The notes beneath the pieces were generated by a model. It searched no databases and had not been told where the DNA came from. It was given only the letters and a program-made list of their open reading frames with translations. Both the position numbers and the translations under genes were made by a program. A DNA stretch of 59,650 bases, counting the filler. It is 3 parts of 3 records of this genome, joined end to end, with 100 filler letters (N's around TTAATTAATTAA, not from the genome) between each part and the next. Parts side by side here need not be neighbours in the genome. Positions count along the whole stretch, not along the records: positions 13,246 to 37,136 come from SRR20825019_1186; 2 more parts are not named here. One strand, written 5' to 3'. Below, piece after piece: positions 13,303 to 23,499 of this stretch. How positions within the stretch are numbered: position 1 is the stretch's first letter; every line of letters begins with the position of its first letter.

Positions 13303-14127
13303 TCAGAACCCGGCGTCGCCTTCCCAGTATTTGTCGTTCAGATTGCGCATCAGTTTGTCGTGGCTCTTTTCCAGGCAGCCGCGCAGGCGGACCTTGTAGC
13401 CTTGGTCACCATAGGCCTTGCAGCGCGCGTAGGCATCGCGGGCGGCCTCGATGCCCTGCGGTGCGAACTGCTTCAGATTGGCGGGCGTGGTCGCCTTGTC
13501 CCAGACGCCGCCGCGCAGCGCTTTCCCTGCATACCCGTCAGCCGGCAGCAGATTGATCATCCGCGAGATCAGGGCGCCGCTATCGGCGCGGGGCGAGCCG
13601 TTCTCGAAATAGCCTTCCGCCAGCACCCGCTTCTCGCCGAGCGCAGCGTCCAGATCCTCTTTGCTGGGCCGGGCGGCGACCGTCGGCGCGGAACGGGGCA
13701 GAAGGGAGACCCGGCGCGGCACACTCAGGGCGATCGAGGCGGCATCGAGGGAGGCGAGCCGCCCTGCATCCATAGAGATCCGGACCGAGGTATAGGCGCC
13801 GGTGCTTTCGAAATGCAGCAGGCCCGCGGCCGAGAACTCGGCTGTGCTGCCGTCCTTCTTCGCCACCACCATGGTGATATCGCCTTCCCCGGCGACGTCA
13901 TAGACATGGCCGGCGTCCGGCTTCGGGCGGTGTTCCTGCAAGCAGAAGGCGGAGAAGAACCCGGTGCAGGTTCCGTCCGTACAATCGAGCGGGACCGGGA
14001 GCTTGGTGGCCACGAGGCCGAGAACCTGGGGCAGTTTTATTTCGGCCGCGCTGGCCTCGGCTTTGCTGCTGACGGCGACAGCGGCAAGGCCCAGGCAGAG
14101 GGCGAAAGACGCAATATGTCGGAACAT
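13303..14127 (-). CDS. Secreted hypothetical protein with paired cysteines
   Basis: GGAGGAG SD before ATG 14127; signal peptide MFRHIASFALCLGLAAVAVSSKAEA; CTDGTC..C and C-terminal C..C; host-like codon usage. Confidence 0.8.
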   Translation of the reverse strand: MFRHIASFALCLGLAAVAVSSKAEASAAEIKLPQVLGLVATKLPVPLDCTDGTCTGFFSAFCLQEHRPKPDAGHVYDVAGEGDITMVVAKKDGSTAEFSAAGLLHFESTGAYTSVRISMDAGRLASLDAASIALSVPRRVSLLPRSAPTVAARPSKEDLDAALGEKRVLAEGYFENGSPRADSGALISRMINLLPADGYAGKALRGGVWDKATTPANLKQFAPQGIEAARDAYARCKAYGDQGYKVRLRGCLEKSHDKLMRNLNDKYWEGDAGF

Positions 14128-14425
14128 GGCTATCTCCTCCGGAGCTGGCCGGTCTGTCCCGCAACCATGAAGACCGGGACGTCCGGCTTTATGCGTTGAA
14201 GAAAGCATCTCACCCGGCGCGCATAGGTTCAATCGCCGTCTTGGCTGTTCACGCGCATGGGAAGTCCGCCACCGGCAGCAGGAGCAGGCTGTGTCGCAGG
14301 CTCAGCAAGGGATTACGCCAGATCAAATCTGGCTCAAGGGCGACAACAGATGACGCGCATTTGAAAGTTCGGACTTCCAATCGTGCTCATATCAATCCAG
14401 CGAACAAAATTGTGGAGGACACGAG

Positions 14426-16021
14426 ATGACCGCTGAAGCTCGGGATCTCGAAGGAGCCGGTAACGGTATTGATGCTGCCGGCGAAGCGCGCGGCCGTCGC
14501 GGCCGCAGCGGTGGTGGCCGTGAAGCCCGCCGCGCCTCCAGGGCGAAGCCGAGCCAAGTGCAGGCGCCCTACATCACCCGCAACGTGCCGGTCTATGAAG
14601 TTCTCACAGAGGAAGGTCTCGAAATCATCGAGGCCAATGCCGAGACCATCATGGAAGAGATCGGCATTGAGTTTCAGGACGACGAGGAAGCCCTCGCCCT
14701 GTGGCGCGATGCCGGCGCGGACGTGCAGGGCACGCGCGTGCATATCCCGCGCGGTCTCGCCCGCACGCTCTGCGCGACGGCGCCCTCCACCTTCACCCAG
14801 CATGCCCGCAACCCGGCCCGCTCGGTTGAGGTCGGCGGCAAGAACACGATTTTCGCGCCGGTTTACGGCCCGCCCTTCGTCAGCGACGTCGATGGTGGCC
14901 GCCGCTATGCGACCATCGAGGATTTCCAGAATTTCGTGAAGCTGACCTACATGCTGCCGTCGCTGCACCATAGCGGCGGTACGGTGTGCGAGCCGGTCGA
15001 TCTGCCCGTGAACAAGCGGCATTTCGACATGGTCTACGCGCACATGAAATACAGCGACAAGCCGTTCATGGGCTCCGTCACCGCGCCGGAACGGGCGCAG
15101 GACACGGTGGACATGGCGAAGATCCTGTTCGGTGTCGAGTTCGTCGAGAATAACACGGTCTGCACCAGCCTGATCAACGCCAACTCGCCGATGGTCTGGG
15201 ACGGCACCATGCTGGGCGCCTTGAAAACCTATGCCCGCAACAACCAGGCCTGCATCACCACGCCGTTCATCCTCGCGGGCGCCATGTCGCCGGTGACGGT
15301 GGCGGGGACGCTGGCCCAGACCCTGGCCGAAGCCATGGCGGGGATCGCCTTCGCCCAGCTCGTTCGGCCGGGCGCCCCGGTGATCTTCGGCTCCTTCGCC
15401 AGCTCCATCTCCATGCAGTCGGGCGCCCCGACCTTCGGCACGCCGGAGCCTGCCATGGTGCTCTATGGCTGCGCCCAACTGGCTCGCCGTCTCGGTGTTC
15501 CGTTCCGTTCCGGCGGCTCCCTCTGCGGCTCCAAGACCCCGGATGCGCAGGCGGCCTATGAATCCGCGCAGACCCTGAACCCGACGGTGATGGGCGGCGT
15601 CAATTTCGTGCTACACGCGGCCGGCTGGCTCGAAGGTGGCCTCGTCGCCTCCTACGAGAAGCTGCTGATGGATGCGGACCAGCTCGCCATGATGCCGACC
15701 CTCCTGGGCGGCGTCGACCTGACCGAAAACGGACAGGCCATGGACGCGATCCGCGAGGTCGGCCCCGGCAAGCATTTCCTCGGCTGCGCCCATACCCAGG
15801 CGAATTTCGAAAACGCCTTCTTCCGCTCGAAGGTCGCCGACAACAACACCTACGAGCAATGGGCCGCCGAAGGCTCCCGCGACGCCTACCAGCGCACCGG
15901 CGACCGGGTGAAGACCATGCTGGCGGAATATCAGGCCCCGGAAATCGATCCGGCCGTGGACGAGGCGCTGGTCGAATTCATGACCAAGCGGAAGGCGGAG
16001 TTTCCAGATTCGATGGTCTGA
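14426..16021 (+). CDS. Trimethylamine methyltransferase (MttB) superfamily protein, non-pyrrolysine; probable glycine betaine methyltransferase
   Basis: Motifs APVYGPPFV, SGGTVCEPVD, DKPFMG, INANSP, PFILAGAMSP, SGAPTFGTPE, HAAGWLEGGL, GPGKHFLG; GGAGG SD; no in-frame TAG. Confidence 0.92.
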   Translation: MTAEARDLEGAGNGIDAAGEARGRRGRSGGGREARRASRAKPSQVQAPYITRNVPVYEVLTEEGLEIIEANAETIMEEIGIEFQDDEEALALWRDAGADVQGTRVHIPRGLARTLCATAPSTFTQHARNPARSVEVGGKNTIFAPVYGPPFVSDVDGGRRYATIEDFQNFVKLTYMLPSLHHSGGTVCEPVDLPVNKRHFDMVYAHMKYSDKPFMGSVTAPERAQDTVDMAKILFGVEFVENNTVCTSLINANSPMVWDGTMLGALKTYARNNQACITTPFILAGAMSPVTVAGTLAQTLAEAMAGIAFAQLVRPGAPVIFGSFASSISMQSGAPTFGTPEPAMVLYGCAQLARRLGVPFRSGGSLCGSKTPDAQAAYESAQTLNPTVMGGVNFVLHAAGWLEGGLVASYEKLLMDADQLAMMPTLLGGVDLTENGQAMDAIREVGPGKHFLGCAHTQANFENAFFRSKVADNNTYEQWAAEGSRDAYQRTGDRVKTMLAEYQAPEIDPAVDEALVEFMTKRKAEFPDSMV

Positions 16022-16143
16022 TCTGATTGAGGACGGCGCAGCGGCTTATGCTTACTGGCATCTCCTGCTCCACCAAGTGGACAGTTCGGTCGTTTCTCTA
16101 ATAATGCGCAGGACGAGGCGAGACTTACGTACATTTAGATTGG

Positions 16144-19100
16144 TTATTGCCACGGCCATTGGACGCCTTGCGCTATTGGCGTCCCAAAGAGAGTCTTTTC
16201 CGCGTCACGCTGCTGCCGATCAACGGAATTCTTCAGTTCTTCCGACGACAGGGCCCAATGAGCAAACCATATGGGGGCGATGTTTTGCTTGGCTTTGTGA
16301 ATGAGTGGCCCGCTCCAATGGAGCGCCCTGAGATCAGCTAATTTGGTGTAGAGACGAAAGTAACCGTATGCTTTCGCACGATCCGATTGCTCGTCGATGA
16401 ATTTGTTGAGCCAGTAACGAGCGTCTCGGTTTCGTTCATAATTTTGTTTCGCGTTGGAGAATACTTTCTTGAGCCATCCGTCACATGGCGGCGCTTCGAG
16501 TTTTCTACCCCAGAGTTTTTCTGATTCTTCGGACTGGTCCAATAGTCCGGCCATCCAGATTCCTCGCGCAATCGAGCCGGACGAACCTGAAGTCAGTAGT
16601 TCTTCGACATAGCCGATCATCCAACTGTCTTGCTCGTAGCCAATGGCCGTGCTGGCGATCACCAGAAGATCTCTGTCTGTTTTTGCTTCGGAACAAACCG
16701 TTCGGCGGAGTTCACCCACCGGGGATGAGTCCGGAACTCTAAATGGTAGATAGTCATTGTCGGATGATGTGAACGTACCTTCGTCTCGTGCGGCTTTCAT
16801 CAGCTTCCATAGTTTAGCTCCCTCGTCGGGTGCAGCGCTCAATAATCCATAACAAAGGTCCTGCAGGGTTTCTGCTTCTAGCCCGAGATGTATGGTTCTT
16901 AGCTTGAACTCTCCATTCAGTATCGGCTGCAGCCAATCCAGTACCTGCTGGTGCCTCACTTCAACAAATGCGCAAATTGTGCCGCGCCTGAAAATCGTCT
17001 CTCGGTGATACACGCGACTCCTGGCTGGGGAGTACACTTCTTGATTGAGGCATTGGCGAATGGACTCAGCGAGAGAATCTAGTTCTTCTTTCTCACCGAT
17101 TTCGGTTTCTTGGAAGGCAGACCCGCCCCAGGATTCAACGAGTGTTCTAGCTCGAAGTTCTTCTTGGGTAGTAGATTGGGTCGCTCGTGCCATTACAAGT
17201 GACCCGTAGATCGCTTCCCCTCGGTCCATATCGTCTTCGATGCGCCATCCAGTTGCCGCCAGTGCGTCCGCGAGCTCCCGCTGACCCGATTTATGCGCTA
17301 CTTCAAAAGCCCGATGCCGTACGCGAGCGTTTGCGTGAGAGAAGCTGGCAACAAGCGGAGGGAAACCCCGTGGAAGATTCATCAGTGGCGCGCATCGGAG
17401 ATACCAGAGCCAGTTAATTAGGGCCGTGTCGTCAGGAGCATTGGAGATGCATCGACCGGTGATCTCGAAGTCTTCTTTACTTGGCGGGGCAAGGATAGCT
17501 TTATGCTGGCGGTCAATTACTGGACCCTTCGCCGACCTCCGGAGAATTTCAATCTGCTCTTGGGCGGGTTGATCCGCGAGCGCTATAAGTTGCCGTCGAT
17601 AGGAGAGGCGTTTCTCGTAGTCACCAGTCCAAATTTTTTCGCAAAGCTTCTCAACTAATTCAGGAGCCGCAGGCGTAAGAGCCAACAAGTGACTGGGTAT
17701 ATGGAACGCCACATTATCGGTTTCTTCCTTCTCGCTCGTTTGTCTGGAAAAACATATTCTTCTGATCAAATCGACCAATGCATGCGGTGCCCACCTTGCT
17801 AATGCGGCTTCGGCATCGTCGAAATCGCTTTCTGCGCCGGTCTTCCCAACTGCGGTCCAGATTTCGTCAGGGGCAGTCGCTTTGGCAAAAGAACCCAATC
17901 TTTCCTGGTCATCGTGACTTAATTCCACCTCGGGGTCTGTGGAGTAGCGGGAAAGCTCTGCTGCAATTCGTAACGGTGTCGAAGGCGCATTGGGCGGATC
18001 GTTCCTGTCCCATTTGAGCATTCCTTTGTCATCGACGGTCACGCGTCTTCGCCAGTTCAAGCCGGGAAGACAAGGCTTGGGGATATCCGCGCGAAGCGCC
18101 ATTGCCCTCGGAGTGGATAGCGCGTCCAAAAGGATGCTGGCGGCATCGGTGGTTATTCTATGACCGTATGCCTTCAGGTCTCTTGCTTTCTTAAGTACCG
18201 CTTTTTCGAATTGATCGAGAGAGGTCGCGTTTGCCAAGCGCATGATCCAGGCGATCTTGTCGAAGCCGTGGCACCCGTGCTCTGTGCCGTTCATGATGCT
18301 GCGGCTGACGGACCATGCCACGATCGGAGAAAGCACTCTTTCTACCGGCAAATATGACAGAATGCCGATCACCCGATATGCCAGCCAGGGTACATCGCCG
18401 GTAATCTTGTCTCGTATCGGAATGGAGGTAAGGAACTCTTCGTCTGAACTTAGCTTTTCCCAAGACTTGCGGTTTCTCTCGGTGCTCTGTGGACTCTGTT
18501 CAGCATCTTCATCTTCCGGATGATCCCAATGGGTCGCCAGCCATTCGGTGGACCATTCAACGATCCCGAGTTTGTCCCAGTTTTCGGCTGCGTTCGCGAA
18601 AGCTTTGATCATGAACTCATCTCGAACTGGGTCACCAGCTCTCCGGAGCCACATTTCTTCGTAGAATGCGAGGAAGGTATTGATGTCTTCTGGAATGATC
18701 CGCCAGAAGACATGAAAGTCGTTTGCTGAAAGGTTCTGGCGCCGAAGCCAATGTTTCAAAATGCTTTGACGAACCACTGTCGAACACCGTTCGTCCAGAT
18801 GGCAGATCACCGCAGCATGACGAAAGATCTGGGTAGCATAATCCTGCTCATTCAGAGGGTCGGAAAATTCAGCGATCGCGCCGTCTAAAGCTTTGTCGTC
18901 GACTTCCGACAATCGATCCACGAGCAGCATCGAAAGGACAAATGGGAGTTTGTCTTTCTGTAGCCGGAAACGGTTTGGTTTGCCTACAATTCCCTCCATC
19001 CAATTTCCGTCAACAATCTCGCTGATCGAGTAACGGATTACGTCTTCGGACGGCGTGCTCTCCGTCGACAGGAATTCGGCAATCTCTTTGCGGTTGAGTG

Positions 19101-20610
19101 TCAGATCGGAATGGTTGGCCGACTCGATTTGTTCATATAACCGCGTTCCCAATATGCGGACGTACTCGTGGAATTCCTCGCTGGAGATCAAGTGCGCGCC
19201 TTTGTAGCGAGATACGCGGTCTTTCCAGTCCTCAAATACCAAACGCTCGGGCGTGATATCGCCGGACTCGGCCATCGTGGCTCTGTGTCGGATGGCCAGC
19301 ACACTAAGTCGGGGTATCTTGAGCAGAGAGATTAGTGCGGGAACAAACTCAGCACGGTCCAGTCCGTGAAGCTCTAGCAAATTATCGAGCTCTTCATCGC
19401 TGAATGGAGGAACTGTGACTTCAGTGGGTATCAGGCCAATAGGCTCGATATCCTGCCGCACCCTGCGCCAGTGATCGGGACGGCATGACATTGCAATCTT
19501 GGCATTATGCTTCCAGTCCCCATCATTCAATTTTGCGATGACCTCGCGCCATTGCGAGAATTCCCAGTTCTCGTTCAATCCATCGAAAAACAAAAGGAAG
19601 CGTGGATGTTGTTTGGTCGCAGATAGCCAGAGATCGAGTCGGCGGCGCCAGAACTCAACGTTCCTCTTTCTTGTTCTTTCGTGCAGGGTCTGGGCGATGA
19701 GGCCATTTATGTCGCCACCTCCAAACTGAACGGCTGGTATGACGAGGGTCACCGGCAAGGTGGATTCAGTGGATTGTGATTGTTTGATCCACCAGGCTAG
19801 GAATGACCATGACTTGCCGACACCTTCTCTTCCTAGGAGTGCCAGCAACGGATTCTGGCTACTAAACCACTCACTCACCAATAGCGAGAGCTTCGGCCGC
19901 GATGCTACTTTCGTTTGTTCATCGAGAAGATTGACGACGGAGTGTAATCGCGAGAATCCGCGATCGCGTTCTGCCATAGCTTCCAAATGCCAATTCTCGA
20001 TGGACGCGCGAGCGCTTTCCCAACCCATGTCCGGCTGCGTAAGCTCCTCGATTAAGTTCTCAGACTCGGCTTTGAAATTCGGATGTGCGGCAATTTCTGC
20101 TAGCTGATTGGCAATGTTTTCACGGCCGCCCGATTTCGCACGTTCGATCAGTGTCTCAGGAAGTAACGCACAAAGAACGGCGAGGCGGGGGAGCATGGTG
20201 GACGATTCCGACCAATCGATAAATGCGACACCGACACCGAAGTCGTCCCCACATGCATCGAGCGCCATGCGATCGTTTTGGTTGATCTCACAGGTTGCAC
20301 CGTAAACCATCACATCGAGATCGGATTTCGATCTGACTGCGTCGATGAGCTTTGCCTTTAGATCATCAAGTTTCAGTGGCGCGGTTCCGTATCGCTTTGC
20401 TTCGACAGCGATAGCCGGGCCTTGGGTGGCAGAGGACGTGCCCATGTCTGAACCGCCTTGGGCTCCACCACCCTTTGATAAAATTAGACGCTTCTGGATT
20501 ACCTTTGAAACCGCATCGCGGAGTAATCCTTCAAAACCGGACTCGCCTGCAGGTCGAAGTGCATTCAGATGGTTCTTTATGAGTGTAAGATTCTTAATGT
20601 GTTCGCCCAT
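16144..20610 (-). CDS. Mrr-like PD-(D/E)xK nuclease + STAND NTPase + long helical-repeat protein (Avs/NLR-like defence candidate)
   Basis: N-terminal GFEGL..QGGSD..VEAKRY; Walker A GREGVGKS (19810-19833); Walker B FLLFFDGLNE (19570-19590); sensor MSCR; VPPFSDEEL; HEAT-like LVASFSHANARVRHRAFEVA; lower GC than the flanks. Confidence 0.8.
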   Translation of the reverse strand: MGEHIKNLTLIKNHLNALRPAGESGFEGLLRDAVSKVIQKRLILSKGGGAQGGSDMGTSSATQGPAIAVEAKRYGTAPLKLDDLKAKLIDAVRSKSDLDVMVYGATCEINQNDRMALDACGDDFGVGVAFIDWSESSTMLPRLAVLCALLPETLIERAKSGGRENIANQLAEIAAHPNFKAESENLIEELTQPDMGWESARASIENWHLEAMAERDRGFSRLHSVVNLLDEQTKVASRPKLSLLVSEWFSSQNPLLALLGREGVGKSWSFLAWWIKQSQSTESTLPVTLVIPAVQFGGGDINGLIAQTLHERTRKRNVEFWRRRLDLWLSATKQHPRFLLFFDGLNENWEFSQWREVIAKLNDGDWKHNAKIAMSCRPDHWRRVRQDIEPIGLIPTEVTVPPFSDEELDNLLELHGLDRAEFVPALISLLKIPRLSVLAIRHRATMAESGDITPERLVFEDWKDRVSRYKGAHLISSEEFHEYVRILGTRLYEQIESANHSDLTLNRKEIAEFLSTESTPSEDVIRYSISEIVDGNWMEGIVGKPNRFRLQKDKLPFVLSMLLVDRLSEVDDKALDGAIAEFSDPLNEQDYATQIFRHAAVICHLDERCSTVVRQSILKHWLRRQNLSANDFHVFWRIIPEDINTFLAFYEEMWLRRAGDPVRDEFMIKAFANAAENWDKLGIVEWSTEWLATHWDHPEDEDAEQSPQSTERNRKSWEKLSSDEEFLTSIPIRDKITGDVPWLAYRVIGILSYLPVERVLSPIVAWSVSRSIMNGTEHGCHGFDKIAWIMRLANATSLDQFEKAVLKKARDLKAYGHRITTDAASILLDALSTPRAMALRADIPKPCLPGLNWRRRVTVDDKGMLKWDRNDPPNAPSTPLRIAAELSRYSTDPEVELSHDDQERLGSFAKATAPDEIWTAVGKTGAESDFDDAEAALARWAPHALVDLIRRICFSRQTSEKEETDNVAFHIPSHLLALTPAAPELVEKLCEKIWTGDYEKRLSYRRQLIALADQPAQEQIEILRRSAKGPVIDRQHKAILAPPSKEDFEITGRCISNAPDDTALINWLWYLRCAPLMNLPRGFPPLVASFSHANARVRHRAFEVAHKSGQRELADALAATGWRIEDDMDRGEAIYGSLVMARATQSTTQEELRARTLVESWGGSAFQETEIGEKEELDSLAESIRQCLNQEVYSPARSRVYHRETIFRRGTICAFVEVRHQQVLDWLQPILNGEFKLRTIHLGLEAETLQDLCYGLLSAAPDEGAKLWKLMKAARDEGTFTSSDNDYLPFRVPDSSPVGELRRTVCSEAKTDRDLLVIASTAIGYEQDSWMIGYVEELLTSGSSGSIARGIWMAGLLDQSEESEKLWGRKLEAPPCDGWLKKVFSNAKQNYERNRDARYWLNKFIDEQSDRAKAYGYFRLYTKLADLRALHWSGPLIHKAKQNIAPIWFAHWALSSEELKNSVDRQQRDAEKTLFGTPIAQGVQWPWQ

Positions 20611-20611
20611 A

Positions 20612-21739
20612 CTACCAGCCGTTGCGCCGATCCCACCGGGCGATGATTTCGTCCGAGCCTTCCTCGAACACCTCGTATCCCTCATACGCGGCAACCGTCA
20701 TGCAGACATGGTTCGGCAGGACGCGGACGCGGGCGCCAATGGGCAATTCCTCGTAGAGCGCCGGGTCGGGCAGATGGACTTCGCCGTGCTCCTGATGCGT
20801 GCCCCGGATGGTGAGGCCGTGCAGAGGTTTGCCTGTTTCCAGATCCGCCAAGAGGCCGAAGCCCATATCGCCACCCTTGCCGAGAGCTTCGGTCGAGCGG
20901 TCCTTGGAGAGGGCGATGCCGCCCGCATCGAGGATCAGGGTGCCGCGTGCCTTGTTATGGGAGATCACGCTGGCGACAACGGCTGAGGCGATATCGTCGA
21001 TGCCGTGACTGCCGATCCCGGCTTGGAATAGATCGCCGAGCGTATAGACGCCGGGGCGCATTTCGGTGACGCCGTTGAGGTGATCGGCATAGAGCGCGGT
21101 CGGGGTCGAGCCGACGCTGACGATCGGGCAGGCGATGCCGTCCGCCCGGATCAACTCGGCCGCCGCGACCGCCGCGTCCCGTTCGGCACTGGCGACGGCT
21201 TTCATGTCTTCCGGCGTGCGGCCGCGATAGGAATGGCCGCCATGGGTCATCACGCCGGCGAGGCGGGAGCGCGGGGCCTTGTCCAGAATCCGGGCGATGG
21301 CGATCAGGCGGTCATTGTCCTGATCGACGCCCGTCCGGTGCTCACCGCAATCAATCTCGATCAGGGCCGCATGGGTACCCGGGTGGGCGGCGATGGCGTC
21401 TGCCACCTCCGTACTGTCGATCAGGATCTTCAGGTCCGCGCCCCGGGCCGTCAGCGCGGCGGCGCGGTCCAGCTTCGAGGGCGGGATGCTGACGGCGTAG
21501 ACGATGTCGGCAAAGCCGTGTTCGAACAGATATTCCGCTTCCGCCAGCGTCGAGACGGTGACGCCGCCAGTCTGGCCCGCTGTTGCGATCTTCGCGATCT
21601 CCGCCGATTTGCCGGTTTTCATATGCGGGCGCAGGGCCACGCCGAGCTCTTTGGCACGCGCGCTCATGCGGGCGCAATTGCGCTCCACCCGGCTTTTGTC
21701 GAGGATCAGGCAGGGGGTCTGGAGGTCGGAAAGTTTCAT
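20612..21739 (-). CDS. PLP-dependent DSD1/D-threonine aldolase family enzyme (alanine racemase fold)
   Basis: TPCLILD, LRPHMKT (PLP lysine), VGSTPT, EMRPG, QEHG, VLPNHVC. Confidence 0.92.
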   Translation of the reverse strand: MKLSDLQTPCLILDKSRVERNCARMSARAKELGVALRPHMKTGKSAEIAKIATAGQTGGVTVSTLAEAEYLFEHGFADIVYAVSIPPSKLDRAAALTARGADLKILIDSTEVADAIAAHPGTHAALIEIDCGEHRTGVDQDNDRLIAIARILDKAPRSRLAGVMTHGGHSYRGRTPEDMKAVASAERDAAVAAAELIRADGIACPIVSVGSTPTALYADHLNGVTEMRPGVYTLGDLFQAGIGSHGIDDIASAVVASVISHNKARGTLILDAGGIALSKDRSTEALGKGGDMGFGLLADLETGKPLHGLTIRGTHQEHGEVHLPDPALYEELPIGARVRVLPNHVCMTVAAYEGYEVFEEGSDEIIARWDRRNGW

Positions 21740-21811
21740 GGTGGCTCGCGGGGGCTGGTGTCGGCGGGACGAGCAGCCTAGAGCCTCACCGGGCCGGGCG
21801 GCAAGCGGCGA

Positions 21812-22186
21812 TCATTCGGCGGCCTGGTTCACCCTGCCGTGGCTCTGCCGGGACTTCAGCTTGTGCCCGACCGCAACGATTGCGTTGATCGCCGGGACCA
21901 GCTCAAGACCGAGATCGGTCAGCGCGTATTCGACGGAGGGGGGAGAGGTCGGGAGCACCGTCCGGGTGATGACGCCAAAATCCTGCAACTCCTTCAGCCG
22001 GGTCGTCAGCATCTTGGCGGAGATGCCGGGAATATCCGCTTTCAGCTCGCTGAACCGGCGCGGGGCCTCGCTCAGATACCAGATGATGTTTGGAGCCCAG
22101 GTGCCGGAAATCAGGTTCAGGCACGTGCTGAGCGGACACCCGCCGGGCGGCGGATCGACCTTGCTCTTGCGCATTTTCAGAGCCAT
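21812..22186 (-). CDS. HxlR/DUF24 winged-helix redox regulator
   Basis: CPL..LNLISGTW, RRFSELKADIPGISAKMLTTRLKEL, PPSVEYALT. Confidence 0.92.
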   Translation of the reverse strand: MALKMRKSKVDPPPGGCPLSTCLNLISGTWAPNIIWYLSEAPRRFSELKADIPGISAKMLTTRLKELQDFGVITRTVLPTSPPSVEYALTDLGLELVPAINAIVAVGHKLKSRQSHGRVNQAAE

Positions 22187-22202
22187 GTGCACTCCGGAAG
22201 AT

Positions 22203-22262
22203 AGTTACTTGCGAGACGGGTTACCGCCCGGTTACCCGATAATGAAGTTACTAAAGGATACT
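22203..22262. promoter_or_regulatory. Putative HxlR-family operator region
   Basis: Four GTTAC half-sites clustered between the divergent regulator and monooxygenase genes. Confidence 0.4.
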
Positions 22263-22326
22263 TCATTTACAAAGGTAATCCAGTGTTTCTACATGGCAGG
22301 CGTCATTGCAGCAGGAGGAACGCAGT

Positions 22327-23403
22327 ATGACAGTGAACCAGGACGCGATTGCCCGGCTGGGCATCAGACACCCGATCATTCAGGGGCCGTTCGGCGGCGG
22401 TCTATCGACTATCGAGTTGGCGGCCACTGTTTCCAACAGAGGCGGGCTCGGGTCCTACGGAGCGCACATCACTGCGCCGGAGGACATCGGAGCTCTCACC
22501 CGCGCCCTTGAGAGCGCGACCGCCGCACCGTTCGCGCTCAATCTCTGGGTCTCGGACCATGATCCGGGCGGGGAGCATCTGAGCGACGAAGCGTTCGAGC
22601 GGCTCTATCCGGTTTTCGCGCCGTATTTCGAGGAACTCGGGCTGGCCAAACCTACCCCGCCGGAACGTTTCCACCACCGCTTCGACGATCAGATCGAAGC
22701 GCTGCTGGAAGCGCGTCCTCCGGTGTTCAGTTTTGTCTTTGGTATTCCCTCGAAGAAGATACTGGAAGAATGCCGCCGTCTCGGTATCCGGACCATGGGC
22801 GCCGCCACCACGCTGGCGGAGGCCGAAGCGCTGGACGCGGCCGGGGTCGATCTTATCGTCGCCACGGGCCTTGAGGCCGGCGGGCACCGGGTCTCCTTCC
22901 TGAAATCCGCGGAGGAAAGCCTGACTGGAACCTTCTCGCTGGTTCAGGTTGCCGCTGCCCATGTCGCGGCGCCGGTGATCGCTGCCGGCGGCATTGTCGA
23001 CGGGCGCGGTGCCCGTGCGGCGCTGACACTCGGTGCGGGCGCGGCGCAGATCGGCACCGCCTTTCTTGCCTGCACAGAATCCGGCACCAACCAGGCACAC
23101 CGGGACATGCTTTTCACCGATGCGGCACGGGAGACCGCGCTCACCCGTTCCTATACCGGGCGGCTGGCCCGGGGAATCCGGAACCGCTGGGTCAGCGAGA
23201 TGGCGGCCCGCGAGAACGAGTTGCCGCCGTTCCCGGTGCAGAGCTGGTTCTTCGGTGCAATCAAGGCAGCGGCGCTGAAGGCAGGGCGGGAGGATCTGGT
23301 TTCGCTCTATGCCGGCCAGTCCGCGCCAAACCTGAAACACCGGTCGGCCATCGCACTGATGGATGATCTGATCGGCGACCTCGAATCCGTCCGCGCCGCT
23401 TGA
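22327..23403 (+). CDS. Nitronate monooxygenase family flavoprotein
   Basis: HPIIQGPFGGG, GLEAGGHR, PVIAAGGIVDG, AQIGTAFL, TGRLARG; AGGAGG SD. Confidence 0.92.
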   Translation: MTVNQDAIARLGIRHPIIQGPFGGGLSTIELAATVSNRGGLGSYGAHITAPEDIGALTRALESATAAPFALNLWVSDHDPGGEHLSDEAFERLYPVFAPYFEELGLAKPTPPERFHHRFDDQIEALLEARPPVFSFVFGIPSKKILEECRRLGIRTMGAATTLAEAEALDAAGVDLIVATGLEAGGHRVSFLKSAEESLTGTFSLVQVAAAHVAAPVIAAGGIVDGRGARAALTLGAGAAQIGTAFLACTESGTNQAHRDMLFTDAARETALTRSYTGRLARGIRNRWVSEMAARENELPPFPVQSWFFGAIKAAALKAGREDLVSLYAGQSAPNLKHRSAIALMDDLIGDLESVRAA

Positions 23404-23499
23404 GCGATGCCGGACGTCCCTGCCGCCGGACCATTTCACTTTTCATGCCGCGATGCGGCGCAGGTCTGGCGAACCTTTCATCAACAGGAGATCAAGATC

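Noticed and set aside
14426-16021. Pyrrolysine recoding in MttB
   Set aside because: The ORF is open with no amber codon, and no pyl genes are present
20611-20694. N-terminal extension of the 1516-aa ORF
   Set aside because: Overlaps the upstream gene out of frame; ATG 20610 at the composition boundary is more plausible
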